A stretch of 63,730 nucleotides of DNA, counting the filler, from Collodictyon triciliatum (lineage: Eukaryota): the NCBI GenBank assembly GCA_043381765.1. It is 7 parts of 7 records of this genome, joined end to end, with 100 filler letters (N's around TTAATTAATTAA, not from the genome) between each part and the next. Parts side by side here need not be neighbours in the genome. Positions count along the whole stretch, not along the records: positions 21,323 to 32,094 come from JBHJMP010002570.1; positions 32,195 to 42,951 come from JBHJMP010002571.1; 5 more parts are not named here. One strand, 5' to 3'. Below, in pieces: positions 24,115-37,700 of this stretch. The notes beneath the pieces are model-generated. The model worked only from the letters and a program-made list of their open reading frames with translations. It had not been told where the DNA came from and searched no databases. The position numbers were made by a program, and so were the translations under genes. Each line of letters opens with the position of its first letter. Position 1 is the first letter of the stretch.

Positions 24115-27100
24115 AAGGAAAAAAAACGCATTCAATAAAAATTGAACCATGGAATATGTATTACCTGTGATGCTGATACTTGGAATACTGACTGCAAAGT
24201 TCTTTTGAACTAATAGAAATTAAAATAATTATAAAGATATATGATGTTGTTAGTTTGGACCTAATGAAGGGGGAAAAATATGGTGGTCTTTTATTTGTAA
24301 GAAATATAAACCAAAAGGAAACGGTTAAGTAAGATTGGTGTATTTACCTGAAGAGAATCTTCACTGATGGATAATCCCCCAACCTACGAAATAATTACGT
24401 AAATATCTGAATACGTGAATAGAGAAATAAATAAAATAATAGAATGAACGGAAAAGGAAAGAAAATACAGAGAAAATTTTTTCCTATGATTATTTTATTT
24501 TTATTCATATTTTTCGCAAAGATTTAAGTATTAAAGTAACACAGACCACAGGAGGAGGAACGCTTCCTGGTGTGTCGAGATTGTACTCCCAACTCAGCGA
24601 AACTAACTGGGTTAGCCTACGGATACACTTTGGAATCTCTTGAAATTGATTATCCTGAAGTGTTAAAATGAAAATTTGAATATTAATGTTTGGCGACAAG
24701 CATATCAAGAATCATAAGCCTGTATGGATATGTTTCGTTACCCGAATGTAAATGTGTTTTATATTCTTCAAGGACCCGAAACTCTCCTACATGAAAAAGT
24801 TGTACAGATAATATGACTAACGATTGAGAGATATAAAAGATGGAATTTGCCTCATGTTTTGAACTCATTTGAATAGTGCTTGTAGATAAGTGTTTCTTTT
24901 CTTCACAATTTCTAGATATGTTACCGGCGCGTTTGTCAGTCTATTGTTGCAAACATTTAGATCCAGCAAGTTAAAACATTGATTCAGCTCCGAGGGCAAC
25001 GAGCTTATTAGACAACTAGAGACATCAAGCTAAAGAAATTAATTCGTTAGTGTAAGTTATTTTTTTTATATTTTTTAATACAATAGAAAAGGGATTAAGG
25101 GAGGTTTCCACTAATATATATATATATAAGGCTATGTGAAAATATAATAATTATTTGACATACTTTTACAAGGGACACACAGTATCCAATCTCAACTGGT
25201 AGCGTTTGAATGGGGTTGCAAGATAGATATAATTCTTTCAGTAACTGTAAGATATGGATAGAACTTAGATTTGATCATCTATGTGAATCGTCCTTTTCCC
25301 AAAAAGGAATAATCAACTTTTCTTCTTGACATATATGAATATTCAGGTATTCACTTTAGGTGTGAATTTATAATCTCATTAAATACGTATATAATTCAAA
25401 AAGTATTTTATACCTGCAGCTTCCCTATAGATGGCGGAATGTACTGGATATTGTTTCCACCAGCATGTATGATTTCCAAGAGACGGAGTTCCGAGAGAAA
25501 GTCAGGAAAAGTAATTATTCTACTTAAAAAAAACGCGATTGAATAAACTCAATCCATGATCCTAAGAGAATATGTATAACATGGTGCATGTAAAAGTTAT
25601 TTTGGTTGATGTATTTCTATTCGTTTTAACCTGTTATATCCTATATATAATTGTCGGAGTCCTTTCAAGGACACCACGCAGTTTGGTACCGACTGAAATC
25701 TAGAATTAGTTTAATAATATCTGAGAATTAATATTCAAACTTGGACTCCAAATTGCACTTTTTTCATGTATGAATATATGTATGCATGTATGTATGTATG
25801 TATGTATGTATGTATGTATGTATGTATGTATGTATGTATGTATGTATGTATGTATGTATGTATGTATGTATGTATGTATGTATATATGCGCTTACTGGCA
25901 CCCAAAAATATTAAGTGACACGAGCTTGGCCAAAAATCCATATTCATCAGGCATGGCTGATATATTATTTTCGCTTATATCAAGGTCTTCTACCTCTCTT
26001 CTTAGTGCCCTATCAAATTTTGATTTGGATGTAAGAGTGGATTTTTGTGTTAGGGTTCTGTTAGCCATAAATTGCCAAGAAATTTTTTTTTCATAATGAG
26101 ATGAATCAATACAATGTATCTGTGGGAAGCACATATAAGCCACAACTTGAAATGTGGACTCTCGAAGCAAATCTCCAACTGCAAATTAGTGGTAGGCATA
26201 TAGTGAAGTGAATTTTTAACAGCTCGGTTTTGAGAAGAAATTACATGTAAGATGTCCCAAGAAAATTGCATGAAATTTGAATTATTATTTATTTCTGGAT
26301 AAATCGAAGACAAAAGGCTACACAGCATGATTATCGAAAATTTCGCATACACTTGAAAACAGTTTGGTGGGAGGCCATTAAGCTGATTATCAGCGACAGA
26401 GATTTCACGAATCGACATCAAATAGGCAAAATAAGATGCATAATTGATTGGTCTGTGGTATTAGAGTAATATTTGATTAAAGTACTGATAAAGTACATGT
26501 GATGGTATATGATAGTTCATAGGCGCCATTATAATAATACATTCTGTTCCGCGATATGTTAAGGTTGACCAGGCCCCGCAGATTGCAAAACGACTGGGGT
26601 AAGTCTGTATTCGACAGTGAACTTAGTCTTAGGAAAGTTCCAATATTACATCAATAATAATTATCATGTTTTCCTTTTTCTTTTTTCCTTAAAGAGAGAA
26701 AAAAGTCCTGATGCGGTTCATTAATGAAAACGATGTAATATATTTGGACGAGGTCATAATAATAGGTTATTATTATAATAATAATATTTTCATGTACATT
26801 GAATGAGATTGAATGACAAATCAGCAGAAACAAGGGACTGCAATTGACCGAAATCTTCGGGGATTGTTTGCAAGAAGTTGTGTGACATTAGCAACTATAT
26901 GTTTAGTTTTAATTTAATTCTCGGGACATGGACGTTTTGATTCGCTGGTGTCTTAATGCCTCCGGGGGAAAAAAAAATTAAAATAATATGCGTAGAAAAT
27001 AAGAATCGCAAACAATGTTTCTTTTCATACCACACGTAGCTTCAGTAAAGCGGCAAGCCCACTGGGAAAAGCTTGAAGTCTGTTGTGTCTGACGTTAAGG

Positions 27101-27169
27101 TCAGTCAGTTCACTGAGTCGGTTTACTGTTAAAAAGATTGGACGGTCAGTATATGAAAACCAGAGGTAC

Positions 27170-27229
<60 letters not shown>

Positions 27230-28514
27230 AGATTTTTTTTTTTTTTTTTTTTTTTACAAAAACAAAAAACAAAAAACAAAAAACAAAAAACAAAAAACAA
27301 AAAACAAAAAACAAAAAAACATAATATGACATGTCGTGACAAGGCGTAGCGATGCATAATTACTAGTACACATGGTCTAAGCATTTTAATTGTAAATATA
27401 AATCACTGCATAATTTAGACACATAAAAATGTATTCTATAACGGCGATACGACTGGACCTGGTGGTAGTTGTATAAGCCAGTTGTGGTGGAGGGAAACAA
27501 CATTAAGCGAAGCAATAGCAAATATGGCCGCGGGTATATCTTGGATCATGTTGCATGACATTTCAAGTTTGCTATCATTTGAAAATGGATTCATTAGTGT
27601 AAGTTCATTAAATTAGACAAATTTTGTTCACCTTTCATGAGTAAAGAAAGGGTATAAAATAATAATACCACAAGACCTGGTATTGGTTGATCGATAAATT
27701 ATATGAATTTTAAAAAAAACTTTAATTTGGTCAGGTTCCCAAACTCAGCTGGCACTGTCCGAAGGGAGTTGCTTGTAGCATCGATATATGTTAGATTGAC
27801 AAGGGCAGCCAGTTCCACGGGGAGTTGTGAGATATCATTGTACGATATGTTTAGTACACGCAAGGAACGACACCGACTCAGTTCGCGAGGAATATGCTTG
27901 AGCCGGTTTTTCGAGATATCCAGTTTCGTGAGCTGTAAGAAGGAACCTGTATTGTGATGAGGGATAGTGCAAATGTAAACATAATTAGAATTTAGCATGA
28001 CACTAAGCTGAATGTCAAGAAACGATTAGATTCTTTTGGTTTATTTATTCACCCAAAAATTTGTCGATACTCCGAAAATACTATCAATACTTGAATATTT
28101 CATTTAATGGGCGACGGGGACAAACCGAATGTTATTGGTATTTCGATGATGGCATTCTCTGCAAAGTTGATAATATGCATAGACGCGATGTTTCCAAGTT
28201 CGGGTGGAAGCACAGATATTTTATTTGCTTGCGCGATTAGCTGGTTGAGCGAGGTCATTCTATATAATATTATGTTTTTTGAGATGCATATAGTGATAAG
28301 TCGCTTAGGTACACGAAAGCTGAAGAGATGTTGATGCATACTTTCCAATTTCTGGAGGGAGCGAAGATATCAGATTTTTTGAGATATACAACTGGCGGAT
28401 ATTAAACTCCGGCTTGAGAATGACTCCGGGAATCGCAGTAATTCCCTCGCCCGTCAAATCCAATAGCCCATTGCGTTGGGCCGACTCGATTTTTTTGGAG
28501 AATTTGTTTCCCAT
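21874..28514 (-). CDS. Leucine-rich-repeat protein with a C-terminal PP2C (PPM) phosphatase domain; more than 20 exons
   Basis: Starts MGNKFS and contains many LxxLxLxxNxLxxLP repeats. PP2C motifs: GRRPYNED, FAVFDGHGG, SGST, NIGDSR, HKP, SRAFGD, ASDGLWDV, GSNDNISV. The last small exon (..NMYPFF*) is tentative. Confidence 0.9.
22295..22372. repeat. (GATT)n intronic microsatellite
   Basis: Read directly from the sequence. Confidence 0.9.
25778..25883. repeat. (TATG)n intronic microsatellite
   Basis: Read directly from the sequence. Confidence 0.9.
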
Positions 28515-29892
28515 GGCTGCGAACCCCCGAGTCTGGTGGAAGATAATCATGAGTTGAGAGAAAATCAGTTAGCAGTCAGCCCGAAATGAGACGGGTCATA
28601 TCGTTTGACAGGAAAGGTACAAACACGGCGAGTGGAGGGTGTAATTAAACAAAAAGAAGATAACACATCTGACTATCAGGAAGCATTTAATTCTCATAAA
28701 TTGAAGAGATGTTATCAAGGCAAGAAGAAAGAAGTTGATAGAATTATCAAGTAAGGATTTAGAAAAGGAAGTTGAAATATTGTTTAGGTGGGGGACGAGT
28801 GCAGAAACAAAAGGGGTATAGCTCGGTAAGAGCTTTGTTCGCTCGTGAGTAGGCAAATATGAGCGGCCTTTGGTAGGTGAATAGATCCAAGGATCATGTG
28901 AGTCTTGGAATAGTTTACGGAACGTGGTTCGGAGGCTTCATAATCCGCTCATAGAGTAAGTTTTGGTGTGGCCTTTACAGGACCAGAAAAGACTTTGGTG
29001 AACCTCGATTGAGGTCGATCGAGCGGACAGCAAAGAGTTGGTCTTTGGCGTAGGAAGAATATAGAAAACAGGGGTATGCTATAGCGGAGTTGGTCCTTCA
29101 ATCGGCGAGATCAAAAAAAAAAAAGCACTCTTTCAAGGTTCTATCTTTGTTCTCTTTTAAGCTCGTCTTTCTTTCTTTCTTTCTTTAAACTTGCCAGTCA
29201 CTATCTTCTGATCCCTCGCTAGTGTTTGCCTGTATTATATGATTTACCACACGCGTGCCTCTTTGCTCTCTTATTTATTTTGCGGGATATTCCGAGGCAA
29301 CGAGCACTGTAAGGCACCGCGTTATTATAGACCGAGAGGATCATCAGAAAGGCCCACACAAAGATTGATGAACATGTCCCAACCCTTGTGCAGCGAAGAA
29401 AGAACGAGCATGAAATACACCCACACAGCAGCAGTAAAGAGACCATAAAAGGCCAGAAAGAAAAAGAAAAAAGAAAAAGAAAAAGAAAAAGAAAAAGAAA
29501 AAGAAAAAGAAAAAGAAAAAGAAAAGGAAAAAATAAAAAAAAGAAAAAGAAAAAAGAAAGGCAGGGGAACCAGAAAAAGTGAATGCGAATATGTTTGTGT
29601 GAGTTGGTCAAGGCCAAATGATCCAACATGAAGTCGTAACACTGAGGGAAAAAAGACAAGAAAAAAGGGGGCTTGGGATTTGGGTCATGAAACGTTATTC
29701 AAAACGCGTTCTAACCTCTTCTGGAAAGAAATTTGTCCACAATCGCGCCCCGCCAAGGAAAGGAAGCTCGCCGAGGGAAAAGGTTCGGGTGCGTTGTGGT
29801 TGCGGGCGTTGGTTTATGGCCGGCGGGCGGGGATGCGAGGCCAGCATGGCGCTTTGCAAGATGATGCACAATTGGATGGACCAAAGCACGAA

Positions 29893-31964
29893 CTAGAACC
29901 TCAAAACAGTGCCGGCGCCTTTTGTTGTGTCCAAGACGAGTGTGTGGTTGAGTGGTACGTTCTGCTTGGTGATGAGCTGTGTTGGTTGGTTGCAATGTTA
30001 GTTCTATTTGGTGTGTGGTTCTTTTCTTTTCCTTTCTTTTTCATTTTCATTTTCTTTTCTTTTTTGGTAAAATGGATTTAAGAAGGGAAACACATGATTG
30101 AGAATACATGAAAGTGGAGATGGGAAAATATGAATGTGGAGTTATTTTGCCGTATGTGATGTGAGTGTTCAAAAACAATGCATATGCATATGTATTTTGG
30201 CTCTACGAGGCTGTAGGCATCTAGTACATATCGAAGCTACCTTAATGACCTCCTGGGCAGCAAGACCGCCTATAATTGCTGCAATATTATGGAGCTCAGA
30301 CTGTCCGTATCGGCAACTACGGATAGAAATAAATAAATAAAAAAAAGTGGATATATTGATGTTTTATTTTTGCATCTTTATATATATGTTTTTTTTTTTT
30401 ATTCTTCCTTTCAATTTTGTGCAGGATGGTGGAGATGTTGGCTTTGGGAATATATATGTGTGTTATTGTTGGTTTCTGTTCTGTTTGTTTGCATATCATT
30501 TGTTCTCAAAAACGACTAAACATGTACAATTCGTGGATGTAGTCTTCGCTGGGTGGGGGAGGTGTGAGCTTCAATTGCGAAATCGTGTTTGTGAAGCAAG
30601 TTTTCAGATGGAGTACATCCGATTCCAAATCCTGCATGAATATGTCGTCATTAAATCTGGGGAATTATTCATAATAATCAAAGTCAGGAATTCTTATGGA
30701 AAAAAAAACATCATGTGTTGACTAGTGAAGAAAAAAGAAGAGGAGGAACAGGAACTAGTTCTTGGATCTCATATATTTACAGTTGAATTGATTCCAGGTT
30801 GGCGATGATGTGTCTCAAAAAATGCATCAGAAGCACGAAACAGAACGTAATACAAAGCAACGCTGTCAGGATTCGCAAGCTCAGAAGCTAGGTTCGTTTG
30901 AGTATGGTGTTACAATTAAAAATTGAGAAGAAGGGGAAAAATGAAACAATCGGATAGTTATTTTTTGTTATTATTGAATCATACATATCATGAGAAGGAA
31001 TTTATAAGACTATCTCATGAATTACCGATGGCATCTAAATTAATCTCATTTGAGTATTCGCTTTTAAATGATGGAGTACGAAGAACCTATGCCATTAAAT
31101 ACGTCGTTGAAAAGAGCAACTTATTTTCTCCAATTATTTTTATCTCATAACCTTACTTGGATCGAAGATGCATTTTTGCAGAACGCCCGGACCTCTTCGA
31201 GACTAATCGAATCTGGAGACCTTCCAACATCTCGCAAAATGCTCTGGGCGTATTCGTAAACAGCTGCAATGTCGGCATTTGATTTCGACTGGTAGCTAAC
31301 GGTTAATTGGTTTTTATGGTACGTAACATGAATTGAGCCAAAATGATTAGTGAGTCCGAATAAGACCAATTGATATAACTTTAATTATTAATAATTTTAT
31401 GTGTGTAGAGCTATCATCATCACCATCATCACCATGATAATAAATATACATTTTTAGTAGCTGGAGGTATCCTTGTGTGTCTGAGTGCATGTCTGGTATT
31501 GCTCCAGGAACAGGCAATTTACCTCCACCTTCATTTTCTACGAACGACTTAAGAGCTCGAGACATTATCCAGAAGTTTGTGGATTGTGGGTGAATATTGC
31601 ATTCAGGGTCCTCGAATAAATTGCGAACTTCAGAGGGAATCTAGATGCCAAACATGTTAGAAAGAAGGAACCATCTGCTACGCAAACAAATATGGATTTA
31701 CGACGAAACACTACCAAGATTTCAGTTAATATAGCCAAATATAACTCGTTTATGGCTTTCCACATGTTATTGTGATACAAATTCGACATTAAATGCACTT
31801 TTTGATAAATAGGAGGGGAAAAAAACCGAATGCTTGGACCACGAATAATGGGCAACTTTGAGTGCCTCCTCAAAGTTGGCTTCATCAGGGTATATGGCCT
31901 TGGAGTTGAGAAGACTCTTGAACTCTCTCTTTTCTGATGCTGTTGATGGGAATTTTCCGCCATG
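29893..31964 (-). CDS. NAE1: NEDD8-activating enzyme E1 regulatory subunit (APPBP1/AXR1), C-terminal half; 5' end cut by the contig end
   Basis: Spliced motifs: EKREFK, DEANFEEA, FWIMSRALKSFVENEGGGKLPVPGAIPDMHSDT..YLQL, FCKNA, CRYGQSELHNIAAIIGGLAAQEVIK|LITKQNVPLNHT. Confidence 0.93.
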
Positions 31965-32094
31965 CTGCGATAGGGGTGTTGGAATTCGTTTAATAGACTC
32001 TCTTTTCTTTTCTTTTCTTTTCTTTTCTTTTCTTTTCTTTTCTTTTCTTTTCTTTTCTTTTCTTTTCTTTTCTTTTCTTTTCTTTTCTTTTCTT

Positions 32095-32194
32095 NNNNNN
32101 NNNNNNNNNNNNNNNNNNNNNNNNNNNNNNNNNNNNNNTTAATTAATTAANNNNNNNNNNNNNNNNNNNNNNNNNNNNNNNNNNNNNNNNNNNN
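32095..32194. other. Artificial contig linker
   Basis: 44 N + TTAATTAATTAA + 44 N. Confidence 0.97.
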
Positions 32195-32410
32195 TTTTTT
32201 TTTTGTTTTTTTTTTTTTGTTTTTTGTTTTTTGTTTCTTGTTTTTTGTTTTTTGTTTTTTGTTTTTTGTTTCTTGTTTTTTGTTTTTTGTTTTTTTTGAA
32301 CTTATTTTAGAATGACTTGGTTATGAAATTTAGCCAATAGGATGCCAAAATATATATAAATGAAGGTAAAGACTCGAAGAAAATGGTTATGTTGAAGACA
32401 AACTATGTAC

Positions 32411-34476
32411 GCTTCGGAACTCAAGCGCTCCAGAGACCCACTGGCGGAGTAAGAAAATAATCCGATAGGGTTATGAGTGAAAGGTATGTGCGAAGGTAAA
32501 GATAAAATAAAATAAGGTTATTTCGTAGACACTCAAAAAGATCTCATGCAACCAAAAATCTCCAATAACCGAGCACCCAAAGTGTCGTGCCACGATTACA
32601 GAAAGGCTATACCGATCTTCATGATCTTTTTCTATACTTACACAATAATGGATCGATTGGACTGACAGGATTTGACAATCTCATCAATACTTGGACCGCT
32701 TGGATTTGTCCATTCACGGATGACATGAAGGACCTTTTTGATATTCAAGCACGTTAGCAAGCAGAAGCGGAAGGAGAAAAAAAATATTTGGATACTAAAG
32801 GGGTGCCGAATGGAGGACAAATACATGAAATAAGTATTATTCGATGGGCTTCCTGGCCGATTGGATTTGCACTATAGATAGAAACATGAATATTTATTAA
32901 TTCTTGACGTACTTTCTCATCAATATTGGTCAAATTAGACCCGCCCATGCTTTGGCCTGATGTTCCTGTATGAGACATTCCTGAGAATGAATTCGGCTGG
33001 GCCTTGGTCTGTATTCAATATTGCACGATGCAGTATAGATTGTGTTTAATTAAGTTGGATGCATCAAAAGAATCAGTGTATAAGTCACCATGAATAGGCT
33101 TCTATAAGTAAAAAAAGAAAACAAATAGTAGTATGTAGATATAGTCGCCACTATTGTCAAATATTCATATTAAAAGCTTGTTTTTTCCTTTCACAGAAAA
33201 TATTCATCTCAGGATTCCTAGCTATGCACAGCACAAACCTTTGCAATTGTGTTGTGGCAATGAACGTGGATAATTTCAGAGAAATGGAACGTAATTTCGT
33301 TAAAGTCAGTCAAAGGCAAAGTCTTCAATACAATCAAGCTTCGTTCACCTCCATGCGAGCGCATTTTACCAAAGATGCGAATGTACGTATTTTCCCTATG
33401 ATAGAATATTTGAGCAGAGTCCGTCCTCTTGGTAAAGTGTGGATGAAAAGGACATAAAAAAGATAGAATTCAACTCCCATGAGTAATTTAAATTTACAAT
33501 GCTCCCTGAGACAAAAAAAAAAAAAAAGAGAAAATATGATGCTCCAACGACACAATCAATCAAGCAATAATTAGAAGTTCTAATATTCTTCGTTTGACCA
33601 ACATGGCATCGAAGGAGGAACCCTCTTCGTAAAACATGCGACAGAAAATGACACCAGTGCCGTCGTCCAAATGGAAGGAACTGAATGTGGACTGCGACGT
33701 GATGTTCGTTGAAATGCCGACCAGCGTTACCTGTATGGAAAGTTAGCAAAAAGCTACTATGGGACATATAAATATATCCAGAGTTTGTCAGGTAGATGAG
33801 TTTGAATGAGCGGTTTTATTGCCTTAGTTTCGTTTTCGTTTTTATTAATAAAAATATAGTCCATGTAGTCCATATAGTTCATATATTTCATGAAGATACC
33901 TGACTGAAATCATGACCATCAATTACGTAAACATCATCACCCTCCCTCTGAATGGCCGACTTCAATTGCCTGACCGTCGCAGGGATCATGGATCGATGGT
34001 CGACTGAGCTACGAGTGCCCTAATGCCAGTCACGAGAAGAGAAAGATTAAGTGGGCTCAATCCCAACTCGAATTCTTAGCCTAGTTTTTGTCTTAGATTC
34101 ATAAAGTTTTATTAACACAAAGAAAAACGATTTAAGTATATTGAATAGTTAAGATTTTTGTTAAATGGATTGGTTTGTTTTTTTTGGTATCATGCCCGCA
34201 TTTTGAGGGAGTAGATACCAAAAAAAAAAAAAAAAAAAAAAGTTAACAGTGAAGACGAAGTGAGGTTTCAGTCAAAGAACACTGGTATGCGTTATGTTGT
34301 GAGAAGAAGGGGAAAAAGACACGCATAATCAAAATGAGCGGTGAAAATCTTACTTTTGACTGCGAACCGTCGATTTGATCTTCGTTTGCTGATTGCGAGT
34401 GGAAGAAACCACCAATGCCGCTTGCTTGATTCTGGCGACCAGAAAAGTTGGAGCCGCGAAATGAAGAGGACGACAT
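32411..34476 (-). CDS. RPA2: Replication protein A 32-kDa subunit; last exon probably beyond the contig end
   Basis: Ser/Gly-rich N-terminus with GGF, then PATVRQL..A...YVIDG, VTLVG...LDDGTG, ENTYIRIFG, PLTDFNEITFHF.E.IHVH, and a C-terminal winged-helix-like segment. Confidence 0.9.
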
Positions 34477-34789
34477 TGCCTTGGATGAAACTTGGCGAGG
34501 GACGTTGTTTTGTTACCCGCTTTACTTGGAGACGTAGTTCTTGCCTGGCAAAATGATCTTGTTAGTGTNNNNNNNNNNNNNNNNNNNNNNNNNNNNNNNN
34601 NNNNNNNNNNNNNNNNNNNNNNNNNNNNNNNNNNNNNNNNNNNNNNNNNNNNNNNNNNNNNNNNNNNNNNNNNNNNNNNNNNNNNNNNNNNNNNNNNNNN
34701 NNNNNNNNNNNNNNNNNNNNNNNNNNNNNNNNNNNNNNNNNNNNNNNNNNNNNNNNNNNNNNNNNNNNNNNNNNNNNNNNNNNNNCAGC

Positions 34790-37700
34790 TATCTCTTTTG
34801 AGTTGCAAAAAGCAGATATACATAGCGATTCGGCCCCATTTTCTATTCGTATGTACCCCGACAGCCTGCCTCCAACTACCGCTATATTTGATGCGTAAGA
34901 AACTCATACAATTAAATATATTATGAGCAAAAATTATTTTGCATTGGTCTTCAATAACATCCTACATTAACTCTTTAATAGAACTCCGACTGGAACGTTA
35001 GTTGCACAGAAATATATCGATTCAGGATTTGTTACTCTGCAGCATTTGGTGGCCCAGGGAATCGGTACAATCGAACTTGAAATTCCATCTTCCTTTTATC
35101 ATTTCACAGCCTTTTGTTATTTCTAAAAATTTTCTCATACACACCACATCTCTACTTATTCTACTCACATGCAATCTTTGACAAAATCATACCATTTCCC
35201 CTCAAATCTACCCTTGCCTATTGATATCCACCAGCTGCATATAAAGCAAGTCCACATGATTATTTCATGTCGCCAGTGACCTTTATGTTTCAGCCATTCC
35301 CAAACGACTCGGAGTCACCCGAGTTTTTTTCAAGTAAACATCGAAACACTACTTTGACAATTATTAGCTTAATCTATTTCAGTTCGCTTCAATCTCATAT
35401 CCGAGAAAAACGGAATACCGCAAAATTTTTTTTGAAGAAAATCGTAGTATAATTAAGAAATGAGAAATCACTTATGAATGAGTTTTTTTTTTCGTAAGCG
35501 ATTGATTTCATTATAGATTTTTTTTCCGCAATTGGGCCTCTGTATCTGATCACGTCATTCTCTCCGATAACTTCGAATATGATTACGCATATGATGATTG
35601 AAAAGGAACTATTGATTAAGGAGAGCATGGAAGTGATGGGTCTACCAGTAAGTCCAGCTGTCTTTTTCTTCTTTTCTTCTTTCCCTTTGCATTCAGAAGC
35701 CCTAGAGCAGAAGTTTCTTTTACTTTAAATAAAATTGAATTGCATACACTATTATATTTTCTTTACTCCTACATTAGTCCTCAATAAAAGTAGAGAGCTC
35801 AATTTATCCTATTCATTTTAAAAGGTAACTGCATATTGGATTAGCTGGTTGTTCTCACACACGGTTTTAATCGAATGTGTCATAATTGTAACTGTGGGTT
35901 CCTCAGTGTTTGGCGGGCTTTATCAAAAGTCCAGTTATCTCTTGATTTTCACATTTTTCAGCTTATTTGGGCTAAGCAAGGTGGCAATGAGTGTCGTATC
36001 CAGAACCACTATAAAATAATATAATATTCTCATAATCAGGATGAATATGTCAAGTATCTACTTATAAATGAAATCTATATATACTGGTATTCATCTTAAA
36101 TTTATTTTCTCCATTTATTCTTTTTTTAAAAAAAAACTCCTTCACTTTGAAACCATAAAAGCTGATCAGCACGATATTTCAAAAATCAAAAGCTGCAAGT
36201 AACCAATATTTAGGACATATTATTAATTCTATAGTTCCCCGCAATTAAAGAAGAAAATACCTTTACATTCTTACAAATTTTATAGATGCATTCGGCTCAA
36301 CATTTATATTAATGGCAACACTTCCGAGTATGCTGTTCACATCATCTTCCTCTCCTGGGACCAGAGTATATATACATACATATATTTATTAGTTAGAACT
36401 CATGCTATTGTTTGAATAATATGCTCTATTACAGATAGATGATTAATATATGAACGATTATATAAACCCAAACTCGAAAAAAAATATAAATATTCTTCCT
36501 CGACTTAAATAAGATATTTTGGAGCCTCTTATCACCCACAGCTTTCGGACTTGGGGCGAAATTGATCATGAATGATGAGTTACATGGAAATGGCAAGAGC
36601 TATTACTATATGAAAACTTGAGAGCACCCTAAGTTTTAATTAATTATCACAAAAAACAAAAAAAAACAGGTGCGACATGGGCTAGTTTCAATCAAGGGAA
36701 TCCTTCCCTTTTAGTTTACTCTGTTATTCTTGTGATAGATACATTCATATATATGGCTATGGCCATATTTTTTGACACATATTCTTGGAGAGACATAGGT
36801 TATTCCCTCTTTTAACTTTTATTTTCTTTAATTTAATCTTTAACTTTTTAAAATAGAGTATCTATTCAATCGTACTATGTAATCAAGGTAAACATTTTTA
36901 CATCCTAAATTCTATCCTTATGGACTAAATTACAATAGTTTTGATGCTCAGAAACTTTATACAAAAGATTAAAAGGCATGCATTTGAAAACCAAAGCTCT
37001 GATTTTGTCGAACTTGACGAACTTGTGGCATCAGAACAAACGGTACATTATTGTAAATGATCATTCCAAAATCGAAGAAGAAATGAGAACAATACTTGTG
37101 TGATCTTGTTAAAGTTACGATATATGTTCTATGTTCTAATTTTTTTAAGGTTATTTGTTATTTTTTTCTTCTTTTTGGGTACTGACTCGTTTAAATATGC
37201 ACCCAAATGTGTAGGATACACCAGAGAATACGTATTCACTTCGACTCGAAAATCTGAGAAAAATATTTCCCCACAGCATATTTACTATCCAAGATGATAC
37301 AATCGCTGTTGACAACTTATCATTCAAATTGTCTGTTTTTAATTTTACTTTTTTCTAATACCTGATAAATTGTACCTAATCAATTCATAAAGTTTAAAAT
37401 CGTGACAGACCTGTGATATACCCATATTCTATACTCATATAAATTTACAAGAAAATTACAGATAAGAATGTTTGCTAGAAACTGATATGCTAAAAAAAAT
37501 AATTTTTTTTTCACCACCACAAACAATCAAAAAAAAATCTTTGCAGACCGGTAGGTTCTCTCCTTGTTATGTTGGGTCACAACGGAGCTGGAAAAACAAC
37601 GACTATATCCATGCTGACCGGAACCCAGAAACCGACGTCTGGTGAAGCCTATATCAACGGACTTGGCATCGATAGCCAGATGAGCTCAATCAGGAGGTCA

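Noticed and set aside
33733-33899. GTATCTT donor in RPA2 as a U12-type intron
   Set aside because: The 3' end has an ordinary U2-type TGCTAAC branch site and a CAG acceptor.
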